DNA from: Azolla caroliniana
Lineage: Eukaryota; Plantae; Polypodiophyta
Direction: 5' to 3'
Assembly (NCBI GenBank): GCA_043228905.1
Contig: JBHGNT010000012.1
Coordinates: forward strand, 19,344,001-19,408,000
DNA length: 64,000 nt
Shown piece after piece: positions 13,982-27,086 of this stretch. Numbering within the stretch: position 1 is the stretch's first letter; every line of letters starts with the position of its first letter. Made by a program: the position numbers and the translations under genes. The notes beneath the pieces were generated by a model that worked only from the letters and a program-made list of their open reading frames with translations, had not been told where the DNA came from and made no database searches.

Positions 13982-15809
13982 ATTTACTAACTTTTTTTTT
14001 GTCATTTTGATGTTTTTTGCGTGTGCACGATGGGGATCTAACAAGGCTCGTCATGCTCTTCTCAGGATCAAAACCACATTCTTAACCTAGTATTCTTCTT
14101 TATCGATCTCTCTTGTTTTTTATGATGCGTTCTTCTTGGTCAAATCAAATTTGTATTACGTTTTCTTTTCTTTTCTTTATGATTTACAATATTATTGGGC
14201 ATCGGGTCGAGCGTGTTTGCACTAATTGCACACGCTCAATTCATGACCCTTTTGCATATTGTGATGTATCTTCCACCCTCCCCTCTCTTGAGCCATCTCT
14301 TACGATAATAATTATTCTTGTTGATCGGGTCGAGCGTGTTTGCCCTAATCGCACATGCTCACCTCATGGCCCTTTTGCATATGATGTTGTGTATGCCACT
14401 CTTCCCTCTATTCAACCATCATTTGGCTATTCTATGGGATGTTGTGGTCTTGACGAGGTGTATGTCGACAACCTACTCCACTTTGTTCTCCATCGAGCCA
14501 TCACTTGGCCGATTCTACGGGATGTTGTGGTCTTGAAGAGGTTCATGTCGACTACTCTAGGGTTTCTTACCTTAGGGCATGCTTAACATTTCATACACCT
14601 ATTTGATTATTATCACATGTATTTTCTAATTACAGAAATTGTTTTTTCACTTTCTTATGATTTTCTCGTAATTGTCATTTGCCCACCCATAATTAACTCT
14701 CTTTCTTACCCTTATTTTTATGTTCATCTACACTATTTACGTATGTTTAATGGTGTAACGATTCATGTAGACTATTTTTTCATATTTAGTGGGCATCATG
14801 CCGTTTTTTGAACATTTTTTCCAAAGTGTTCTCTAGATTTAACTCATGTAATCGAGTTGTAGAACTCGATTAAAAACACACAAGTTCCCCTATTGATGTT
14901 TTACTCATAAATTTGAGAACTACATCTTTGCGCACAACACCACCACCATTTGTATCAATTTGTGGCTTATGTCTCAATTGTGCAAATTACAATCACCATA
15001 TTGGGATGGATATGTGCATACCTTGCACCATCCATTTATTTGTGGCATTTTTGTTTAGTAGGTAACGCATGGTTTTTTTTGTCACTTCTTGACTCTTATA
15101 CGTAGTGACTTATTATTATTACTATTTTCATCCATTTGCTTGTTACTCGCAAGACTAGCATATTACTTGCGAGTGGACTATTTTTGCACTTAATACACTT
15201 TCTCGACCATATCAATACATGTTGGGTTGACATTTTAATATAAGGTTAACTAGAAAATTATATTGATGCTAGAACCATGGTTGAGCCTCGAGGAACCGCC
15301 ATGATTATTGTTGAGAGACAAGCTCAACATCGGCCGGATCGGCTGAAGAAGCTGAGGACCGGATCGGTTAGGCCGAATGCGTAAACCGGTACGCAGACCG
15401 GTGCGTAGGTAGGGCCGGATCGGTGCGTAAACCGGGAGGCCGTTAGGAAAGATATTCCGTGAGGAATATATTTGGGAGTTAGTGTAGGAGCTCTTAATGA
15501 GCATTGAAGTACTGTCAGTACTTCGGTCAGTCCTTCTAGGACTTGTATAAAAGTGTTCATTGAACACACATATGTATAGAGTGTAGTGAATAGAGATTGA
15601 GTATTTGTTTTGAATATACCTCTTGTGTTTCCCTCTCTCACTCTCTCTGTCTCTCCCGCGTATACTGCGTGAGCTCAAGCTCTCCATTAAACCTGAGTTT
15701 TCTTCCTTTTGTTCGATCTTCATACTTGCTTCCGCACGTTACTTTTTACATGGTATCAGAGAACCTCTCTGCAGCCGACACGCCTTGACGAAGAAGAACA
15801 AGAAGAACG

Positions 15810-18800
15810 ATGGATAGAGGCATGGCGAGCTCACTTCCAACAGAGAAGCTCGATAGAACCAACTACGCGTCTTGGTCCTACAAGATGCACCAGTACTTGC
15901 TCGGGCACGGCTACTGGAGTTATGTCGAAGGAGCTAATAACGCGGCATCCGAATCGACACACAGAGACTTCCCGTCGTGGGAGCAATCGGCGAGCAGGGT
16001 ATTATACTGCTTCGCGTCGTGTGTGGGCGAACAACTATTGAGCTATGTTCGGGATGCAAAGACGCCGAAGGGTGTGTGGGAAAATCTGAAGAAGATTTTC
16101 GCCGCGAGCACCACAACCAGGAAGCTTCAGCTCCGACAGGAGTTGAGCAACCTACGACAACGCGACTTGTCGGTGGCGGACTATACCTCAAAGATCAAGG
16201 ATATCTACGACTCCCTCGCCTCCATAGAGGTGAACATCGAGGAGAGCGAGATGGTCCAGATTTGTCTCGGAGGCTTGGCGTCGAAGTTCGGAGCGTTCTA
16301 AACGGCTGTGTGTACCCGAGAGAATACACCATCCTTTTTCGACTTACAGTCAATGCTCCTGGTAGAGGAGAACCACGCAGGTGCATCTACAAGCACGCAC
16401 ACCGACAACAGAATGCTGTACACGGAGGGAGATAGGCCCCGTGGACGTGGGGGACAAGGAGAGTCGGCGCGCAATGGAGGCCGCCGACGAGATCAAGGAA
16501 GAAGGCACCGAAATGATGCCGACAACAACTCCGGACCCTCCGGAAACAGGGGGAGTCGAAGCAATGAGAACTGGCAAGGGAAGGCCATCGCGGAGTGCTG
16601 GTACTGTGGCAAGAAAGGCCACAGGGAAAGTGAGTGCTGGGAGAAGCGCGCCGATTTGGAGAGAACCGGTTCCGGAAACGGCTCCGGACATACCGACAAG
16701 GGAAATCGGTAGCGATCGCACTACGCCGAAGACTCCGGGAGAGCCGGAGAAGGGTCTGCCTTCGTGACGAGACACGAAGCAAACTCAATGAAACGGACCA
16801 CCCCGAGATTGGATGAGGTGTGGTACGTAGACTCCGGAGTGTCAAATCACATGACGAGCCATAAGGAGTGGTTCTCGTACCTTGAAAAACCGATACAACC
16901 TGGAGTAGTCGCAACTGGAGACAACACTCCGCATCCGATCGCGAATGTCGGAGAAGTTCCCCTTAACCATGTCGGGCAGAAAGGGAAACTCATGAACGTG
17001 CTGCACGTTCCGACAATCACGAAGAACTTGGTCTCGGTCGGACAGATCGTCGACCAAGGGATGGAGGCTCGGTTTACACACCTCGGGTGCTTCATTGAGG
17101 AAGAAGGCCGTGTGATTGCGCAAGGGCGCAGAGACGGGAGGATGTTCATCCTCAACTCCAATGACGGCGGCACCGCAATGTTCGCGAAGGGACAAAAATC
17201 CGAGTCGGACATCGACTTGTGGCACAAGCGGATAGGCCACGTCAACTACCAGCGGTTTCAAGATCTGCAATCGAAACAGGTAGTGTTCGGATTGCCCAAA
17301 TTTTGTGTCCGAAAGGCACAAATTTGTGAAGCCTGCCAGCTTGGGAAGCAACACCGACTTCCTTTCCCCAACGAGCGAAACCGGAGCCGGAACAAGCTCG
17401 ACCTTATACACTCCGATGTATGGGGGCCGGCACAAAACGTTAGTCTTGGCGGGAACCGATATTTCGTCTCCTTCATCGACGACCACACGCGGCACACGTG
17501 GATCTACCTCATTGAGAGGAAGAGCGAAGTCTTCGACTGTTTCCGGGACCTCAAAGGGTCCATGGAAACGGAAACAGGACGAAAGATCAAGTGCCTGCGG
17601 TCGGATGGCGGGAAAGAGTACTTTTCTGGTCAATTCAACGGTTATCTACAACAAATGGGAATTCGGCGTGAATTCAGTTGTAGATACACGCCGGAGCAGA
17701 ACGGCGTGGCCGAGAGGAAGAATCGGTCAGTTGTGGAAGCGGCACGGGCAATGCTAGAGGAGAAGAGCTTGCCCAAGTTCTACTGGGCCGAGGCGGTAAG
17801 GAAGTGTCGGAGGCAAAGTGTCGGCGCACGAGCTATATTTCAGAACGAAGCCGAACTTGCGACACTTGAGGGTGTTCGGTAGCATTGCGTATGTGCATGT
17901 ACCGAAGGAGAAAAGGAGGAAGCTGGACGCAAAGGCCGAGAAATGCATCTTGGTTGGTTACTCGGACGAGCAGAAGGGTTATAAGTGCTATAACCCTCGC
18001 ACCAAACAAGCGCGTGTTAGCCGCGACGTTGTGTTTGATGAGTCCGCGTCCTGGTACCAGCCCCTGACTCCGAACCCCGACTCCAATTTGAGCTCTGACG
18101 ATGAGGTCAGCGAGGCCGAGATGCCTCCGGACGAGCCCGAAATCGAGACTCGTGAAGAGAGTCCGATTTCACTCCGTTTAAGTGGACCGATTGGACGACT
18201 GAGTCGGTACGATTAGTCCGATGAAGAGCCGGCGAGTAGTAGAGACTCGGTCGTGCATTCCTCGCGTAGGAAGTCGAGGAGACGGCTTACGCGCAATGAG
18301 AAAGGGAAGAAGAAGGTGTTGGATTCTGGCACGGATAAGAACGAGTCAGAGCGACGCGAGTCTGACTCCGAGGGAACCAGTGACGGGTCTTTAAAGGTGA
18401 AGTCCGCGTCGACCGAGAAGGCCTCGACATCGGCTAATGTGAGATTACGCCGATCTACCCGCCAGAAGAATCCTGTTTTGCGGTTCGGATACAACGAGTA
18501 CATGGCGCATCATTATGCGTACATGACCCATGTAGCGGAAGTGCGTGAGCCGGAGAGCTACGCAGAAGCGGCTAAAGACGCGAATTGGCGTGCCGCGATG
18601 GAGGAAGAGATGCACGCATTGGCGGAGAACGAGACCTGGGACCTGGTTGACGCACCAACAGGGGTAAAACCGATCGGCTGTAGGTGGGTGTACAAGGTCC
18701 AGTACAACACCGATGGCTCGGTCAACCGGTACAAGGCTCGGCTAGTGGCAAAGGGCTATGCGCAGAAACACGGCATCGACTACGATGAGACGTTTGCGCC

Positions 18801-18865
18801 GGTCGCGAAAATGACGACCGTCCGTGTTTTGCTCGCAGTAGCTGCGGTGAAGGGGTGACACTTAC
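15810..18865 (+). pseudogene. Copia A gag-pol, 5' part (gag, zinc knuckle, protease, integrase, RT start)
   Basis: CWYCGKKGHRESEC knuckle, WYVDSGVSNHMT protease, HSDVWGP...DGGKEY...QNGVAERKNR integrase. Stops at 16299, 16710, 18214 and 18856, and a lesion near 17800. Confidence 0.92.
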
Positions 18866-21800
18866 TGTTGGGAATCGACGCTTCGATTCAACCTTCACCA
18901 CTCGGCCACAACCGAGGAAGCGCGAATCAATGCAGCAGAAAATCGGAAACACAGAGAAGGACACGAATACACAGGGATTAACGTGGAAAACCCTAGACGG
19001 GAAAAACCACGGGAGTGCAAGACTCCAACTATCACTATACGCTGGGAAATATACAATGGCGAGCTGCAAGGCGACGACCTTGAGCTCGCTATCCTCGCCA
19101 CAGGCGGCGGTATTACACAGAGGCGTCGACCTCTTCCTCCTCTCTCTCTCACGGCTGCTCTCACTTCGCTCCCTCTAGATGAAAACAGAAAAATGAGCAA
19201 CAACATTAAAACTGTTTGCCCTAAGTCATATTTATACACATATGACTTTCGGGCTATTTACAACTATAGCCTCAAGGGCCCTTGGCAAACATATTCACAA
19301 ATATGTCCCCGCATCCGGATCTCTCTCCGGGTACATTCGTCATCCGGCTCCGAAGCCGGGATCTTCATCATCCGGTTCCGAAACCGCAACCGGGCTTGTC
19401 GTCATTCATCTCCGACATCCGACCATCCCATCCGAAGGGACCGAAATCCCAACAAACTCCCCCTTCACTTCGGCATGGGATGTCTCTCCAATCCGATCCT
19501 CTTCCGGCATGCTTCTAGCTTGTCGGGTGTGAGCACCTTGGTCAGCATATCCGACCCGTTCTCGTCCGTGTGGACCTTCGTCAGCACGAACTCCTTGTCT
19601 TCTATCCTTTCCCGGATCCAGTGATATCTTCGCTGGATGTGCTTCGTCCGGGAGTGATAGGCCGCGTTCTTCGCAAGGTGGATGGCACTCTGACTGTCGC
19701 AGTAGAGTCGGTACTCCTCCTGCTGGATACCGAGCTCTCTAATGAAGTCCTTCATCCATATTATTTCCTTGCCGGCTTCAACAGCCGCCATGTACTCCGC
19801 CTTCGTGGTTGACAACGCAACCGTCTTCTGCAGCCTCAACTGCCATGAAACAGCTCCCCCTGCATACGTCATCACATACCCTGATGTGGACCGGCTGGTA
19901 TCTGCATCAGCCGACATATCCGAATCGGTAAAGCCGTCGAGTTCGGGCTTACCGGAGCCGAATCGGAGGCACACGTTTGCCGTGCCCTTCAGGTATCGGA
20001 GTATCCACTTGGCCGCGTTCCAATGCTCTTTGCCGGGATTGCTCATGTACCGGCTCACCACTCCGACTGCGTATCCAATGTCCGGTCTTGTACACACCAT
20101 TGCGTACATCAAGCTTCCGACGGCAGAGGCATATGGCACTTTCATCATGTCCTCCTTCTCAACCTTTGTCTTGGGGCTTTGCTTGCTGGACAGCTTGCAG
20201 TTTGCCGGGAGGGTCGATCCGACCGGTCTTGCTTCCGACATGTTGAACCGTTTAAGCACCTTTGTCACGTACTTCTCCTGTGACAGCCACAACTGCTTCT
20301 TGCTCCGGTCCCGGATGATGTGCATCCCTAGTATTTGTCTCGCCGGACCCAAGTCCTTCATTGAGAAGGTTTGGTGAAGAGCCTTCTTCAGCATCCGTAT
20401 CTTGAACTGGTCCCGTCCGACGATCAACATGTCGTCCACGTACAAGAGGAGTATTAGAAAGTCTCCTCCTTCGAACTTCTTCACAAACACGCAGTGGTCG
20501 GACTGCGTTTTGAGGTACCCTTCGTCGGTCATGAAAGAGTCGAACTTCCGGTACCATTGCCGGGGAGCCTGCTTCAGTCCGTAAAGGCTCTTCTTCAACC
20601 GGCATACCAGGTGCTCCTTCCCTTTCTTCTCGAATCCTTCCGGTTGCTGCATGTAGATCTCTTCTTCGAGGTCACCGTGAAGGAATGCCGTCTTCACGTC
20701 CATCTGTTCTACCTCGAGGTCCATGCTTGCCGCTATGCTCAGCACCGTCCGGATGGAGGTCATCTTCACTACCGGGGCAAATATCTCGTCGAAGTCGACG
20801 CCCTTCTTCTGCTGAAACCCCTTCACCACGATCCTGGCTTTGTATCTCGGGGGGTTTCCGGCATCTCCCGGTTTCAGCTTGAACACCCACTTGTTTCGAA
20901 GTGCCCGCTTTCCTTTCGGCAACTCCACAAGTTCATATGTGTGGTTCTCATGCAGGGAATCCATCTCGTCCTACATGGCACTCAACCACCTGCGGCTCTG
21001 GGTGTCATGCTTTGCTTCTTCAAAGCTCTCCGGCTCCCCCTCGTCAGTTAGCAGCACGTGCTCTGGTTCCGGAAATCTCCGGGGGGGCCTTCTCTCTCTT
21101 AGAGGATATCTCCGTTCCGGAGCTTCGGTAACCGGCTCCTCCGTTTCCTCTTCATCCGAATCCATTTCGGGATCGGGGCCGGTTCCGGTATCAGTTTCAT
21201 CTTCCTCGGCCGGTTCTGTTTCTTCACCGTCTTCGGCCGGATCCTCGAGTGCTAACCGGTCCCTTTCCGGTCGGGACTGCTCCTCGTAGAGTTGATCCTC
21301 ACCGGTCGACTTGGAGCTCTTCATCTTCTTCTCCGACTCCCAGTCGGCGAGTGTCTTGTTCTCCATGAAGATGATATCACGACTCCGGAATATCTTCTTG
21401 TCGACCGGGTCCCATACTCGGTAGCCGAACTCGTCATCGCCGTAACCGAGGAATATGCATGGCCGGGTCTTTGGATCTAGCTTTCCTCTCCGGTCCTTAG
21501 CCACATGCACATATGCGAGACACCCGAACACCTTCAGATGCTGGTAGGATACTTCCCTACCGGTCCACACTCTCTGCGGCGTGTCTCCGTCCAAAGGTAC
21601 TGAGGGTGATCTGTTTATCACGTATGTCGCCGTCGACATTGCCTCAGCCCAAAACCCCTTGGGTAATTTCGCATGCGCCAGCATACTCCGGACCCTCTCC
21701 ATTATGGTCCGGTTCATCCTCTCGGCCAGCCCATTCAGTTCCGGCGTCTTCGGCACAGTAAACTCGAGCCGGATTCCCTTCGAGCGACAGTACTCCTTGA

Positions 21801-24158
21801 ACTGCCCCCGGTATTCCCCTCCGTTATCCGCTCGTATCGCTTTCAGCTTCTTGCCGGATTCTCTTTCCACTCTCGCGTGGAGTTCTTTGAAGACGGACAA
21901 CACTTGGTCCTTTGTCTTCAGCGGTGCCGTCCACATCTTCCGGCTATGGTCATCTATGAATGTCACGAAGTACTGGGCTCCGCCATGTGACTTCGTTTCT
22001 ACCTGACACACGTCAGTGTGCACCAACTCCAATGGTGCGCTACGTCTCGTCGGTGGCCTTGAGTGGAAGGAGGTTCGGTTCTGCTTACCGGCCAGGCAAT
22101 CGGTGCACTTCTCCAGGTGCACATGCTTCACTGGAATAAGGTTGTCTTCTGCAAGCCTCTTCATCCCCTTCTCACTCATGTGGCACAGTCTCTTGTGCCA
22201 CAGCTCACCGGCAGTGTCGGCTGCCACGTTCAACTCTTCCGGACACAACCAGGCATTCATAAGGTACAGTGTGTTGACTTTCCGGGCCCGAGCCACTATC
22301 AGGCTCCCCTTGCTGAACTTCATTACGCCGTTCCGGATGCTACCTGTGTAGCCTTCATCGTCTAGCCTCCCGGCCGAAATCAAGTTCAATCGAACCTCCG
22401 GAACGTGTCTGACATCCTTCAGCAGCATTTTGCATCCGGTCGAGGTTGTCAACCACACGTCTCCTACGCCGGCAATCCGGCACTTACCTTCATTTCCCAT
22501 CCGAACACAGCCATGCTCACCGGCTGTGTAGGATGAGAAGTATCTTCTTTCCGGGGTCAGGTGGAACGACGCTTCGGAATCGACCACCTAGGTAGTCTCA
22601 TCGCCGGCAATGTTTAGTTCACCTTCTTCGGTGATGAGCATGATCTCCTCTTCACTTGCCGCGAGTGCCGTCGTTCCTTTCCGGTCCTGCCCTCGCCGAT
22701 CCGAACCATTCCGGTCCGTGGCTCCCCGGTAAGCACCGTTCCGTTCCGAAGACTTCTTCGAATCGGTGTCGTCGGCTCCGTTGTCTTTTCGGTAATGCCG
22801 ACAATTCTTTCGGAAGTGCCCCGGCTTCCCACAGTGGAAGCATGTGGGCCTTCCTCTTGACTGCGACCGGGTCCCCGACTTCTCCCGTCTTTGCGGACTC
22901 CGGTTCCGTTGTCTTCCCCGATCCGATTCGGTAAACAACATCTTCGGATCGGAGGCCGGTTCTTTATCTCTCCGACGCGCTTCTTCGTTCAAAATACTTG
23001 TCTTTACCGTTTGTAGGGACAAGTTATCTTCGGTGCAGGAGGTGCTGAGAGTCACCACCAAGTTCTCCCAGCTTTCCGGCAATGTACACATCAGAATGAT
23101 GGCTTGCATTGCATCCTCCAGCGGGAACTTGATCGCCGCAAGCTGGTTCACGAATCCCATGAACGTGCTTACGTGTTCCACCATACTCTCGCCGTCCCGG
23201 TACTTGAGGTTCACTATCTTCCTCATCAGGGAGGTCCGGTTCAACGCATTCTTCCTCTCGTAGAGGCCCGACAGCTTCCGCCACATCTCATATGCGTTGG
23301 TGTCGTTCGCCACATGTTGTAGAACGCTCACGTCGACGTATTGCCGAATGGTTGCAACGGCTTTCCGGTTCAGAAGCCTCCATTCCGTCTCAAGTACCCC
23401 CTTGGGTATTTCCGACCTGTCGATCGGTTCATACAGGTCCCGAACAATCAGCAGATCCTCCATCTTTATCTTCCAGTCGGCGTAGTTCTGCGCATTCAGC
23501 ACCATCATCCCCGGCTGCCCGCTGCTGCCGCCTTCCATTTTCTGCACTGCAGTCGTTCTGATACCAGTTTGTTGGGAATCGACGCTTCGATTCAACCTTC
23601 ACCACTCGGCCACAACCGAGGAAGCGCGAATCAATGCAGCAGAAAATCGGAAACACAGAGAAGGACATGAATACACAGGGATTAACGTGGAAAACCCTAG
23701 ACGGGAAAAACCACGGGAGTGCAAGACTCCAACTATCACTATACGCTGGGAAATATACAATGGCGAGCTGCAAGGCGACGACCTTGAGCTCGCTATCCTC
23801 GCCACAGGCGGCGGTATTACACAGAGGCGTCGACCTCTTCCTCCTCTCTCTCTCACGGCTGCTCTCACTTCGCTCCCTCTAGATGAAAACAGAAAAATGA
23901 GCAACAGCATTAAAACTGTTTTCCCTAAGTCATATTTATACACATATGACTTTCGGGCTATTTACAACTATAGCCTCAAGGGCCCTTGGCAAACATATTC
24001 ACAAATATGTCCCCGCATCCGGATCTCTCTCCGGGTACATTCGTCATCCGGCTCCGAAGTCGGGATCTTCATCATCCGGTTCCGAAACCGCAACCGGGCT
24101 TGTTGTCATTCATCTCCGACATCCGACCATCCCATCCGAAGGGACCGAAATCCCAACA
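18866..24158 (-). mobile_element. Full-length Ty1/Copia (Tork/Tnt1-like) element 'B' nested antisense in the RT of A
   Basis: 589-bp LTRs 18866-19454 and 23570-24158 (~5 differences by eye); 5-bp TSD CTTAC (18861-18865 / 24159-24163); PBS TGGTATCAGAAC at 23566-23555; PPT at 19455-19467. Confidence 0.97.
19465..23538 (-). pseudogene. Copia B gag-pol, single frame with two premature TAG stops (22588-22590, 20971-20973)
   Basis: ORFs 22588..23595, 20971..22587 and 19465..20964 share one frame; CFHCGKPGHFRKNC, HTDVC, LLLYVDDML and TKHIQRRYHW motifs; paralog C has W and Q at the two stops. Confidence 0.93.
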
Positions 24159-25924
24159 CTTACATCAGATGGATGTAAAGAATGCGTTCCTGCAAGGTGA
24201 CCTTGAGGAACAGGTGTACATGGTACAACTCCCCAGATTTCACTCTGGAACGAACTCCTCGGCAGTATGCCGACTGAAGAAGTTCCTTTACGGACTGAAG
24301 CAAGCCCCGCGTGCTTGGAACGCGAAGATCACGCAACAATTGCGTCGGATGGGCTTCGTCACGTCAAAATCGGACTCTTCCCTGTTCATCCGGAAAGGTC
24401 GACTCGGACCGGTTAGTATTTTACTATATGTTGATGACTTGGTCATCACCGGCGCCGACCTAGGTGAAATCGACCGTGTGAAGCTCCAGCTTGCGGCATT
24501 GTTCGACATGAAGGATCTGGGGGACCTTCATTACTTCCTCGGGATCGAAGTGATCCGTACCCCCGAAGGCATATTGATCAGCCAACGTCATTACGTGCTG
24601 AGTATGCTCTTCAAATTCGGGATGGCCGACTGTAAGTATGTCTCGACTCCTCTGGACAGAACCGTCAAGCTTCGTCCCGATACGGGAAAGGTATGCGACC
24701 CGACGAGGTTCCGACAAATTGTCAAAAGCCTAATATACTTGACCATCACCCGACCCGACCTCAGTTATCCGGTCGGAGTGATCAGTTAGTTCATGGCGCG
24801 ACCTACCGAGGAGCACCTTCAGTGTGCGCAACGCATACTTCGGTATGTCAACGACACTAAGGACCGGGGACTGCTATATCGGACCGGTGCAACCGCGTAG
24901 TTAGTCAGCTACACCGATGCTGATTGGGCTGTCAACGCCGCCGATCACCGATCCACGTTCGGATACGCGTTCTCCCTCGGGAGTGCCGCGATCGTGTGGA
25001 GCAATAAGAAGCAGTCGACAGTTGCACTGTCGAGCACCGAAGTTGAGTACCGAGGAGCGGCTATCGCGGCATGGCGAAGCCATATGGTTGAAGCGGCTAC
25101 TTAAGGACCTGCAAGAGGAAGTGTCAGATCCGACGACGATCTACTGCGACAACCTCAGCAGCATCCAGCTCGCGAAAAACCCCGTTTTCCACGCATGGAC
25201 CAAGCACATTGAGGTGCACTACCATTTCGTCCGTGAGCGTGTCCTTTCCGGTGAAGTCGAACTTCAGTATGTTCCGATTGATCGGCAGACCGCCGACATC
25301 TTCACCAAGCCTCTTGGTCTGGACAAGTTACGACAATTCTTAGGTGTGCTCGGATTGCGTCACCTCGACATGCCAAACTTGAGGGGGAGAATAGTCCCGA
25401 ACGACCAAGCAAGGCAGCAGGAAAGGAGCGGAGACCACGACACCGAGTCGGTTGACTCGGTTGTCGAGTTCGACTTCGGATCGGCTGAAGAAGTCGAGGG
25501 CGGACCCGCGGAAAAGTCCGGAAGCGGACAGAAGGGGAGCAGCCGAAGGAGAGAGCCGAAGACAACCACGCATGGGGAAGATGACGCCATCGAGGGCGAG
25601 AAGACCGAAGACAAGTTGGAGACAGCCAACTCGGACGAGAGCGAAAACCGATTGGAGGTAGCCGAGTCGGTTCGGATGTTTGATTCAGATACGCTGAATC
25701 AACCGAGGCCCAAGCGGAAGAAAAGGCAGCAGGAGAAGCGTCAACACCGCAACAACAGAAGAGCTGATAAGGGCCACATGAGCAGACAAGCCGACCGGAA
25801 GGGTCGAAGCGCGCGGAGTCGAACAGGTCGTGGAGTGCGAGCTAGGCGTGAAGCCAGGAGGAACCAGAGCTGTGAGTCTGAAGATCCCGAAGAGCCTCAA
25901 GTTGAGCTTGAGGGGGAGTGTTGA
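24159..25924 (+). pseudogene. Copia A pol, 3' part (RT, RNase H, C-terminal extension)
   Basis: HLHQMDVKNAFL, LLYVDDL and TKHIEVHYHFVRE motifs; stops at 24787 and 24898 and a frameshift near 25070. The RNase H frame stays open into the 3' LTR. Confidence 0.92.
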
Positions 25925-26590
25925 GAGACAAGCTCAACATCGGCCGGATCGGCTGAAGAAGCCGAGGACCGGATCGGTTGGGACCAATCGGTTAGGCCGA
26001 ATGCGTAAACCGGTACGCAGACCGGTGCGTAGGTAGGGCCAGATCGGTGCGTAAACCGGGAGGCCGTTAGGAAAGATATTCCGTGAGGAATATATTTGGG
26101 AGTTAGGGTAGGAGCTCTTAATGAGCATTGAAGTACTGTTAGTACTTCGGTCAGTCCTTCTAGGACTTGTATAAAAGTGTTCATTGAACACACATATGTA
26201 TAGAGTGTAGTGAATAGAGATTGAGTATTTCTTTTGAATATACCTCTTGTATTTCCCTCTCTCACTCTCTCTGTCTCTCCCGCGTATACTGCGTGAGCTC
26301 AAGCTCTCCATTAAACCTGAGTTTTCTTCCTTCTGTTCGGTCTTCATACTTGCTTCCGCACGTTACTTTTTACAATTATTCAAGATAGAGATCCGAGATT
26401 TTTAAACACCATAGTGTTACCATAGTTATCGGATCTCAAATCATATCTCATATGTCTAGAGGGGTAAAGACGTGAGATGCTTTCTTGGATAAAGTTCTTC
26501 CAATCAAAATTTCAAGCATTCATTTTGCTTGTATATTTTTTGAACCTCCTTATTATATTGCATACACACATCTTGCATAATGGAACAAGT

Positions 26591-27040
26591 TGTTACCGAC
26601 TAGGAACACGGTCTACGGTCAATCCTTCGACCTAGACTTCCAAGTGACTGTGTGACAACGAATGGTAGTGGAGCACACGTAATACTTAGTGGGATATTCC
26701 CCATAACCTAGCAGCATATAAGGGAGACGACTACAACCGAGCTCCTTTGACAATGGCTAGCGCACTCACCATTACTTACTCCTACGCTCTCAGGTGTTAC
26801 AAACACACAGTAGATTAGCCGTAGCTACACACAAATATTAGAGAAGATAGAACTCTATTACAATACACCTCTCACAATCAAAATTACACGCTACGTCTAT
26901 CAGAGGTTTTCTGCCCTTTATATAAGCAGGGTCTTTTAGCCGTTCACGCTTCCCGCATGAACCGTTACATGCGTTACAATATTATACTATTCCGTATACC
27001 TGCGCTCTTGTCCGTCGGTTACTATTCCGGCAGACAACAC
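26591..27040 (-). mobile_element. Probable 3' LTR of Athila-like Gypsy element 'H'
   Basis: Starts TGTTACCG at 26591; minus-strand TATATAAAG near 26920; lies just downstream of the extra ORF of H. Right boundary uncertain (~27040-27075). Confidence 0.4.
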
Positions 27041-27086
27041 CTGGCACGCATGTGGGATAGTGCCATGGCACGTCAGACCCATCCCT

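Larger units (their letters stand above)
15309..26374 (+). mobile_element. Full-length Ty1/Copia LTR retrotransposon 'A' (defective; hosts element B)
   Basis: LTRs 15309-15750 and 25919-26374 (TG..CA; ~8 substitutions plus a 14-bp indel by eye); 5-bp TSD ATTAT (15304-15308 / 26375-26379); PBS TGGTATCAGAG at 15751; PPT GAGGGGGAG at 25910-25918; gag-PR-INT-RT-RH order. Confidence 0.97.

Noticed and set aside
18855-19624. ORFs repeated in B/C LTRs (e.g. MENPRREKPRECK...)
   Set aside because: They recur only because LTRs are duplicated; frames are not conserved between B and C subtypes.
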